DNA of 33,791 nucleotides from Candidatus Coatesbacteria bacterium. GTDB taxonomy: Bacteria; JAFGND01. Under the pieces are notes generated by a model, which had not been told where the DNA came from, made no database searches, and saw only the letters and a list, made by a program, of their open reading frames with translations. Shown piece after piece: positions 1-7,166 of this stretch (its first letter is position 1; each line of letters begins with the position of its first letter). The translations under genes and the position numbers were made by a program. Location of the stretch: NCBI GenBank assembly GCA_016927185.1, contig JAFGND010000091.1, positions 1 through 33,791 of the forward strand, written 5' to 3'.

Positions 1-124
1 ATAATTCCCTGTTTTCATATTGAAAAGAGATGCTTATTATAACTGTCTTTGCTCAAGATTTGCTTATAATTTTTTTGAAGGGAGAGTTATATAAATATAT
101 CCTTTATTAGTTTTTTGAAAATCC

Positions 125-153
125 TTGACAAAGAATCATAAGCTTGATATGCA
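125..153 (+). promoter_or_regulatory. Candidate sigma70 promoter upstream of the leader ORF
   Basis: TTGACA at 125-130, a 17-nt spacer, and TGnTATGCA (extended -10-like, imperfect) ending at 153. Confidence 0.35.
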
Positions 154-200
154 ATTTCAATAACAATAAATAAGATAATAAGATAGAATCGGGGGAAATC

Positions 201-260
201 ATGAAGGTCTTGATTTCTATACTTTTTTCAAAATCAAAAAAGGAAAGATCACCTCCTTGA
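201..260 (+). CDS. Putative 19-aa leader peptide MKVLISILFSKSKKERSPP with a C-terminal RxPP arrest-like motif
   Basis: GGGGG purine run at 191-195, ATG at 201, ends AGA TCA CCT CCT TGA; below the ORF-track length cutoff. Confidence 0.4.
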   Translation: MKVLISILFSKSKKERSPP

Positions 261-306
261 TTTGCCTTGACAAAATTGTTTTTGATTTTTAACACAGGAG
301 GAAATA

Positions 307-783
307 ATGAAAGCAACAATAGTAATAGTGATAGCACTAGCTATTATATCAATTGGATGTCAGAATGATATGTCAACAAATCCAGAACAAACCACTTCAG
401 TCAGTAAAACAAAGAATTCAAACATTCCAAATGCAGACAGACTAGGTAATCCTGGCTGATGCGTCTATGGATACGTTACTCCGTCGGAGTACAGTCCTTA
501 TGTTAGAGTTTGGGTGGATGGATATTACTATTCCTTCTACAATTATACAGGTACTACTATGGGAATGCCAAGTAATTATTATTCAATAATGATTGCTGGT
601 GTAGGTGGTCTTCCAGAAGGTGATCACTATAAAAATATTGCATTTAAGTCGTGGAAACAAGGTGATGTCTGGGTTTATGTTTATGGAGAAAGTTCTGAAT
701 ATGAATGGGATCCAGAAAATCCAAATGATGTTCATCGAGATATAGTATTAACTGATCCATCTCCAGAAAAACAAGATGACTAA
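307..783 (+). CDS. Lipoprotein (158 codons) with in-frame TGA at codon 51; candidate selenoprotein (Sec-Cys) or nonsense-interrupted gene
   Basis: AGGAGG RBS at 296-301 and ATG at 307. Signal peptide MKATIVIVIALAIISIG-C18 has a lipobox. The frame continues past TGA 457-459 (…NPG*CVYGYVTPSEYSPYVRVWVDGYY…) into the track ORF 514-783. Confidence 0.75.
466..500 (+). promoter_or_regulatory. Bacterial SECIS-like stem-loop downstream of the in-frame UGA
   Basis: Upper stem TACTCC(477-482)/GGAGTA(486-491), apical loop GUC(483-485), bulged U476, G475-C492 pair, lower stem GGAT(469-472)/GTCC(494-497); the loop G is 24 nt after the UGA. Confidence 0.5.
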
Positions 784-794
784 TATTTAAAATG

Positions 795-826
795 AATGGT
801 ACAAAGATTATTCTTTGTACCATTTT
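795..826 (+). terminator. Perfect 13-bp hairpin, terminator/attenuator-like, between the lipoprotein gene and the next RBS
   Basis: AATGGTACAAAGA-TTAT-TCTTTGTACCATT followed by TT and then GGAGG. Confidence 0.6.
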
Positions 827-836
827 GGAGGTAATA

Positions 837-3026
837 ATGTTTATCCTTATTTTATTCTCAATATTGAATACCATTTATCCTGACTATTTAGGTACTGATA
901 ACAATCATGTTAGCATAGACAGGTATTTTAAATATTGGTGTAATGCAGAAAATATTGGAATTATTTATAGTACAAATGCAGGCTCATCATGGGAATTCAT
1001 TCCCTTGAATATTAATCCATACGAAAATACTAATCTGTATGGAATTATCAATTTGGAAACTGGCTATTTGACAGGTGCTTCTATTAATTCATCTTTTATT
1101 TTAAGAACTAATAATCTGAATAGTCAATGGGAAAAAGCATATACTTTTGAAAGAGGGAAAACATGGAGATCTCCAGCAATAAATCCTCGCTTTTTTTTCA
1201 TAGACAATCAGCTAGGTTTTTCATATACTCAATATGATGTGGCAAAAACAACAGATTCAGGAAGATCATGGAAACAAGTCTATCATTTACAGCAAAATGT
1301 CACTTTTCTTGATCTCCAGTTTATAAATGCAGAAAAAGGATGGTTTATAGATACAAACTTTGGATATGCTTCACAAGATACTTTAGTATCAACTACAGAT
1401 GGAGGAGAAACATGGATGAGATTACCTCTTCCTGAAACAGGTTGGGATTTTCAATTCATAGATGAGAATAATGGATTGTTTATTAGCATAGCTTCAAGAA
1501 AAATCTATGAAACCAGTGATGGTGGATATCAATGGAATTATCTTACATCTATACCTGATATTAATTCTCCTAATAATTTAGTTATGAGGAATAAGAAAGA
1601 AGCCTGGTTTACTGCTTTGAATGAGAATGAAGAAATCTTTGTATATCATACTATAGATGGTGGGCATAACTGGGAAGGAACCCAATTGGAAAGAGGTTTT
1701 GGAAGTACACTTTTTGTCTTTGAAGATAGTGTTATTCAAATAAGTCCTTCTTGTGCTTATATAACCAAAGATGGAATTCATTGGCAAAGGAAAAGAAAAG
1801 GGATTTCATTCAATAATTCATCTTATAGTCCAACAGTAAAAGTTTTCAGAAATAATAAATTATCAACCTATAAAATGGATATTGGTTCATATAGTTACTA
1901 TATAAGCACAGATAAGGGATACAACTGGGAAACAGTAAAATGTACATCAAATTATTCTTTAATAGATTCTTTTGAAGGAAATAATGATAATATTTGGATT
2001 GGAGCAATGAATTTCCCATCTGCTTCTTCAGCTATTATCCGTTCAACTGATTCTGGAAATAGCTGGGAAGAATATCAGACACAATGGAAGGATCGCTGCC
2101 ATCTCTGGGGTCTGGAATTCATAGATGATAACAGGGGAATACTCTCATGTGGATATGAAAACAGACCTTCTGCATCTCATCTCTCCTATACTTCTGATTC
2201 AGGAAGAACATGGACAGAAGTAGAAAGACCTGCAAAGCTTAGCTATCCAAAGGACATATTCTTTTTTGAAAATGGAACTGCTTATGTTTTGGATGAGCTG
2301 GGGGTAAGCATTGGAAAAAGCACGGATTATGGACATTCATGGAGTGATTTTCCATTCCCTGAACAGATAAGCAGTTTCAATGCTTTCTTTGCATTGACAC
2401 CAGACACTCTATTCATAGCTTATGATAATCTATTAAAAAGCTTTGATGGAGGCAAGAGCTGGACAATGCTTCCATTGAAAGGGCTTCCATTTGATTCCAT
2501 ATTATTCAAGGACTCACTTCATGGAGCAGCAATATGCAGACATGACAGCAAGTTATGGTTCTATCATACACAGGATGGAGGAGGAACCTGGTCAAAGGAA
2601 GCATTATTCCATGATAACTATCCAAAGATGAGATTGAATAATGGAGTTGGAAGTCAGATAATAATATCAGGAGCAGGTGGTCTTCTCATGTCCTGGGACT
2701 GGGAGACAGGATTTTCTGATAACAGGACAGCAGTTTCCATAATTCCCCCAAAGAAAAGCAGGATACTTAGCATTTATCCAAATCCTGTACTAGACAGAAC
2801 CAGCTCATATATAAAGTATGAACTGTCAAATGATTCTCAGGTAGAGCTGAACTGTTATGATATTACAGGAAGATATATTGGAAAGATCTTTGAAGGTAAC
2901 AGGAAGCAAGGCAGATACATAACAGGAATAAATAACAGACTGAACCTCTCTCATGGAGTATATATAATAGAACTTATTGCAAATCATGAGAGAAGTGATG
3001 TTAAGAAGATTGTGGTGATGAAGTAG
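837..3026 (+). CDS. Secreted BNR/Asp-box (YCF48-like) beta-propeller protein with T9SS-type C-terminal sorting domain
   Basis: Many S/T-x-D-G/S-G-x-T/S-W Asp-box repeats; C-terminal IYPNP…YDITGR…GVYII…KKIVVMK. Start moved from 792 to ATG 837 because GGAGG lies at 827-831 and a hairpin occupies 795-824. Confidence 0.85.
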   Translation: MFILILFSILNTIYPDYLGTDNNHVSIDRYFKYWCNAENIGIIYSTNAGSSWEFIPLNINPYENTNLYGIINLETGYLTGASINSSFILRTNNLNSQWEKAYTFERGKTWRSPAINPRFFFIDNQLGFSYTQYDVAKTTDSGRSWKQVYHLQQNVTFLDLQFINAEKGWFIDTNFGYASQDTLVSTTDGGETWMRLPLPETGWDFQFIDENNGLFISIASRKIYETSDGGYQWNYLTSIPDINSPNNLVMRNKKEAWFTALNENEEIFVYHTIDGGHNWEGTQLERGFGSTLFVFEDSVIQISPSCAYITKDGIHWQRKRKGISFNNSSYSPTVKVFRNNKLSTYKMDIGSYSYYISTDKGYNWETVKCTSNYSLIDSFEGNNDNIWIGAMNFPSASSAIIRSTDSGNSWEEYQTQWKDRCHLWGLEFIDDNRGILSCGYENRPSASHLSYTSDSGRTWTEVERPAKLSYPKDIFFFENGTAYVLDELGVSIGKSTDYGHSWSDFPFPEQISSFNAFFALTPDTLFIAYDNLLKSFDGGKSWTMLPLKGLPFDSILFKDSLHGAAICRHDSKLWFYHTQDGGGTWSKEALFHDNYPKMRLNNGVGSQIIISGAGGLLMSWDWETGFSDNRTAVSIIPPKKSRILSIYPNPVLDRTSSYIKYELSNDSQVELNCYDITGRYIGKIFEGNRKQGRYITGINNRLNLSHGVYIIELIANHERSDVKKIVVMK

Positions 3027-3049
3027 AGTGAACAGAAAGGGATGTTGAA

Positions 3050-4603
3050 ATGAAAACATTTGTAGTATTTATGGTTTTATTGTCTTTTTCTAACCTGATT
3101 TTTTCAGCCCCAGGGGATTTGATATGGAGATACAGGACTGATGCGCGTATCAACTATTCTTCCCCATGCGTTTCAAATGGAGTTGTTTATACTGGAAGTG
3201 ATGATTTTTATCTTTATGCAATAAATTGTTCAGATGGAACTCTCAAATGGAGATATCAAGTTGCTTATTATGTTTATTCCTCCCCTTGTGTCTCAGATGG
3301 GGTTGTCTATATAGGAAGTGAAGACAGCTATCTTTATGCAATAAACTGCCCTGATGGAACTCTCAAATGGAGATATCAGACAGGTTCTTTTGTCAACTCT
3401 TCTCCCTGCACATCTGAAGGAGTTGTCTATGTCGGAAGTGATGATAGTTATCTTTATGCAGTGAATTGCAGTGACGGGACTCTTAAATGGAGGTTCAAGA
3501 CTGATGGTGAAGTCATCTCATCTCCCTGCATTTCAGATGGCGTTGTTTATGTCGGGAGCCGGGATAATTATCTTTATGCAATAAACATCTCAGATTGCAC
3601 TCTCAAATGGAGATATCAAACAGCTGGGATAGTATATTCCTCCCCCCATGTTTATAATGGAGCTGTATATGCAGGGAGTTATGATAACAATATTTATGCA
3701 ATAGAAACTTCAGACGGATCTCTTAAATGGAAGTATGCGACAGGTAATTATGTTCATTCATCTCCCTGTGCTTCTAGCGGGACTATTTATGCTGGAAGCG
3801 GCGATTATTACCTGTATTCAACAGGAGCTTCAGATGGATCCCTTAAATGGAGGTTTTTGACTGAAAATAATGTTGAATCATCTCCTTGTGTCTCGGGAGG
3901 AATTGTCTATGTCGGTAGTAATGACAGTCATCTGTATGCAATAAATTGCTCATCAGGGACTCTTGACTGGAAATATCAAACAGAGAATATTATTAATTCC
4001 TCTCCTTGCATCTCAAATGGAGTTGCTTATGTTGGAAGTAATGACAGTTATCTTTATGCAATTGAAGTGAAAGATACTGTTTTCATAGAAGTGACTTCTC
4101 CCAATGGGGGGGAAGAATGGGATGTCGGTTCTGTTCATGATATAACATGGACATCAGAAAATGTTGATACAGTTTCAGTAAAATATACATCAGATGGAGG
4201 ATCTTTATGGACTGAGATTGTGAAAATGCCAGCTGAAACTGGAAAATACTCATGGAATATACCGGATACTCCTTCAGACAACTGTCTTGTAAGAATAGAT
4301 GACACAAAGGGCAATATAACTGATACAAGTGACAGCACATTTACAATAAAGAGAGTAGGTTTCAAGGATAATAAATTTGCTTCTAGACTGCCAGCCAAAT
4401 CCTTCTCAGTTTCTCCCAACCCCTTCTCCTCCCGCTTATTAATTTCTCTGCCATCATCAGGAGCAATTTATTCCCTTACTGGTCAGCTGATATTGAAAAT
4501 AGATAAAGGCAAGCACTCTCTTGATACAAGCAACTGGAGAGAGGGAGTTTATATAGTGAAGTCAGTGAATGAATGCAAGAGGGTAGTGAAGGTAAATCAC
4601 TAA
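3050..4603 (+). CDS. Secreted PQQ-like (BamB-type) 8-blade beta-propeller + Ig-like (SPNGGE…W) domain + short T9SS-type CTD
   Basis: Signal peptide; 40-aa repeats G-x-LKWRY-x-T…SSPC…GVVYVGS-x-D-x-x-LYAI; IEVTSPNGGEEW motif; SPNPF…IYSLTGQ…WREGVYIVK tail. Confidence 0.88.
   Translation: MKTFVVFMVLLSFSNLIFSAPGDLIWRYRTDARINYSSPCVSNGVVYTGSDDFYLYAINCSDGTLKWRYQVAYYVYSSPCVSDGVVYIGSEDSYLYAINCPDGTLKWRYQTGSFVNSSPCTSEGVVYVGSDDSYLYAVNCSDGTLKWRFKTDGEVISSPCISDGVVYVGSRDNYLYAINISDCTLKWRYQTAGIVYSSPHVYNGAVYAGSYDNNIYAIETSDGSLKWKYATGNYVHSSPCASSGTIYAGSGDYYLYSTGASDGSLKWRFLTENNVESSPCVSGGIVYVGSNDSHLYAINCSSGTLDWKYQTENIINSSPCISNGVAYVGSNDSYLYAIEVKDTVFIEVTSPNGGEEWDVGSVHDITWTSENVDTVSVKYTSDGGSLWTEIVKMPAETGKYSWNIPDTPSDNCLVRIDDTKGNITDTSDSTFTIKRVGFKDNKFASRLPAKSFSVSPNPFSSRLLISLPSSGAIYSLTGQLILKIDKGKHSLDTSNWREGVYIVKSVNECKRVVKVNH
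3113..4066 (+). repeat. Intragenic tandem repeat, 8 units with an exact 120-nt period
   Basis: TCTCAAATGGAG-like word recurs at 3241, 3361, 3481, 3601, 3721, 3841 and 3961. Confidence 0.9.
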
Positions 4604-4688
4604 AATCATGTATTCATTTGAAAAGATAATAAATTGATTTGATATTATTCAATTGACAAAAGATAAATAAAATCAAAATCGCAAATCA

Positions 4689-5435
4689 ATGATTGAATGC
4701 GATAATAAATACTTCGAAAGCCTTGATTTCGAGAAATACAAGCAAAGCAGGCAAAAAAAAGCAAGGTTCATTGAACAGATATTAAGATCATTCCAGCAAG
4801 ACAGTGAAGTGATAGTGGATATTGGTGGGGGAACCGGCTTGATTGCCAGGGAATTATCTGAAAAATGGAACAAGGAAGTTATTGTACTTGACAGGGACAT
4901 AGGACTTCTCAGAGAAACTTGCAATCAAGTTACATCAATAGCGGGTGATATATTGAACTTGCCATTGAAAAGCAATTCAGTGGACATGTTCATAATCAAT
5001 CATGTATGGGAGCATATTGGTGACCAGAAAACAGCCATGAATGAAATTGCAGGATCATTAAGCAAGAACGGAATAATCTATTTGACACTGGGTAACAGGG
5101 CATGGATAATAGAACCGCATTTCAAACTCCCGTTTCTGTCAATCCTGCCCAAGAAGATTGCCAATTTTTACCTTTCACTGTTTATTAAGGGGCAGAATTA
5201 CGATAACATAAATTTCCCTTTTCCATGGCAGCTTTATAATACTGTGTTTCAAGAAGGATTAGAATGGGAGGATATTACTTACAAAGTATTAATGGAAAAC
5301 CATGGCATTCTTGAAAAAAAGTGGTGGAAACTTACAGGAAGACTGCTTTCTTTAATTCCTGAAAGGCTAGCAAAACCTCTCTTGTCTCTGATTACCCCCC
5401 AGTGGTTCTTGATAGGAAGGAAAAAAGGTGCCTGA
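4689..5435 (+). CDS. Class I SAM-dependent methyltransferase
   Basis: Motif I VDIGGGTG, GDILNLPLKSNSVD, NHVWEH. Confidence 0.88.
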   Translation: MIECDNKYFESLDFEKYKQSRQKKARFIEQILRSFQQDSEVIVDIGGGTGLIARELSEKWNKEVIVLDRDIGLLRETCNQVTSIAGDILNLPLKSNSVDMFIINHVWEHIGDQKTAMNEIAGSLSKNGIIYLTLGNRAWIIEPHFKLPFLSILPKKIANFYLSLFIKGQNYDNINFPFPWQLYNTVFQEGLEWEDITYKVLMENHGILEKKWWKLTGRLLSLIPERLAKPLLSLITPQWFLIGRKKGA

Positions 5436-6423
5436 AACAAGAAAAATACTGGTTGTGAGAACTGACAGCCTTGGAGATTGCTTGCTTACCCTGCCGATGT
5501 TTTATTCGATAAAAAAACAGAAACCTGATTATGAGCTAGGCATACTTTGCAGCAGAACAGGACTTCCTGTATTCGAAAGACAGCCTTTTGTATCTCATAT
5601 ACATTTATATCCAGCTTGCTCCAAGACAGACAATGAAATAAGAGAGATTGGCTATGATGAAGCAATAATAGTGCATCCTGAAATCAAGCTTGCAAGATAT
5701 ATATGGCAGATTGGAATAAAGAGGAGGATTGGTACTGCAAGAAGGTTATACAGCATGTTGTTTACCGACAGGATAAACGTATCAAGAAGAAACAGTGATA
5801 TCCCTGAATGGCAGCATAATCTGAATATGCTTGAAGCAATTGATCTAAAACCTTTGAAAGAGCCAATAAAGCTTTATCCTGATGATTCTGAATATAAGCA
5901 GGCAGAATATTTAATTAATGGCAGGCAAGACGGGAAAAAGACAATAGGAATACACGCAGGAAGCAAGGGTTCTGCTCTCAACTGGTCGGAAGATAATTAT
6001 TTCTCTCTTGCAGAAACTCTTGCTGGTGAGGGAATGAATGTAATACTGACTGGCACATCAGAAGAGGAGAAGCTTTTCAAGGGAAAAATAAGGAATAGTA
6101 AAATAATCTCTTTGTTTGGAAAGACAACATTTTTCCAGTTTGCTGCCTTGTGCACTTTTCTGGACCTTTTCATAAGTGGAAGTACAGGAGTGATGCATGT
6201 TGCAAGTACGATGGGAACAAGAACATTGACCTTTTTCCCTCCATTTCTTTCATGCAGCAGCAAGCGATGGGGACCTTTTGATGCAAGCAGGAGTCACTTT
6301 CTTGTGCCAGATATTGTCTGCCCTTCTGGAAAATGCAGCAGCAAGTGCAAATATCATAACTGTCTGGATGCTTTCAATCCATCTGAAGTTATGAAAACCA
6401 TCTTGAATATCTTGAAGGATTAA
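5428..6423 (+). CDS. Glycosyltransferase family 9 (ADP-heptose:LPS heptosyltransferase-like)
   Basis: ILVVRTDSLGD N-terminal motif, IHAGS…NW, STGVMHVAS, RWGP, C-terminal Cys cluster; GTG start overlaps the upstream stop. Confidence 0.9.
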   Translation: MPETRKILVVRTDSLGDCLLTLPMFYSIKKQKPDYELGILCSRTGLPVFERQPFVSHIHLYPACSKTDNEIREIGYDEAIIVHPEIKLARYIWQIGIKRRIGTARRLYSMLFTDRINVSRRNSDIPEWQHNLNMLEAIDLKPLKEPIKLYPDDSEYKQAEYLINGRQDGKKTIGIHAGSKGSALNWSEDNYFSLAETLAGEGMNVILTGTSEEEKLFKGKIRNSKIISLFGKTTFFQFAALCTFLDLFISGSTGVMHVASTMGTRTLTFFPPFLSCSSKRWGPFDASRSHFLVPDIVCPSGKCSSKCKYHNCLDAFNPSEVMKTILNILKD

Positions 6424-7157
6424 GCTGAAGTATCACGGTAAGTTCTTGCCACAGTAAGAATTGTTATTTCTTCAACCTCCTCTTTGTAAAGCTCTTCTGA
6501 GCATGCTCTAGCGGTTGAACCGGTAGTATAAACATCATCAACAAGAATGACTTTTTTCAAGTCAGTTCTCTTCTTCTTTATTTTGAAAGCATTCTTTAGA
6601 TTGTGCTTTCTTTCTTCAGCATTAAGAAGAGATTGCTGCCTGGTGTTTTTGATCCTCAAAAGCCAGTTTTCTGCAACAGGTATACCACTTCTCTCAGACA
6701 GATATTTACTCAAGAGTGCTGATTGATTGAATCCGCGAGACAGGTATCTGAACAGATGAAGTGGAACAGGGATTATTGCATCATGCTCCATGCCTTCAAG
6801 ATCCCGTTTAAAGGATTTGTAAATGCATTCTCCCAGTACATTCAAGAGGAAAGTCCTGGAGTTGAATTTAAAGAGTCTTATCAGTTCACCAAGTGATGAA
6901 TTATAAGGTCCGTAACTGGATATTCTTGAAAATATTTCTGTTTGCTTTTCACAATGCAAGCAAAATTCATTTCCTTCAAGAGGCAAGCCGCATATGCTGC
7001 AAAGGGGAGGCTCAAAAGATGGTATATTATTTATGCAGTCACTGCAAACAAGAGAGGGAAATTTTATGGTGTTTTCATCGCATAACAAGCAAAATGGTGG
7101 GTAGATTGGTTTCAGTATGATATCTAACCCACCATGCAGTATTTTTACAAGGGACAA
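6420..7157 (-). CDS. comF: ComF family protein (double zinc ribbon + phosphoribosyltransferase domain)
   Basis: Four CxxC motifs, PVPLH…RGFNQS, ILVDDVYTTGST. Confidence 0.92.
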   Translation of the reverse strand: MSLVKILHGGLDIILKPIYPPFCLLCDENTIKFPSLVCSDCINNIPSFEPPLCSICGLPLEGNEFCLHCEKQTEIFSRISSYGPYNSSLGELIRLFKFNSRTFLLNVLGECIYKSFKRDLEGMEHDAIIPVPLHLFRYLSRGFNQSALLSKYLSERSGIPVAENWLLRIKNTRQQSLLNAEERKHNLKNAFKIKKKRTDLKKVILVDDVYTTGSTARACSEELYKEEVEEITILTVARTYRDTSA

Positions 7158-7166
7158 GAAGACCTC

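Noticed and set aside
247-258. GATCACCTCCTT, identical to the 16S rRNA 3' end
   Set aside because: The flanks have no rRNA similarity and are very AT-rich; better explained as an anti-SD within the leader. As a minus-strand SD it leads only to a few-codon ORF.
107-337. Minus-strand 76-aa ORF (also 644-874)
   Set aside because: Antisense shadows of the leader and lipoprotein region, with no recognisable motif
514-783. Stand-alone 89-aa gene as given in the ORF track
   Set aside because: No convincing RBS at GTG 514; it is the in-frame continuation of the gene starting at 307
3113-4066. CRISPR array or DGR template/variable repeats
   Set aside because: The 120-nt repeats are in-frame coding propeller blades with no unique spacers; there is no cas or reverse transcriptase gene, and no adenine-specific mismatch pattern was evident
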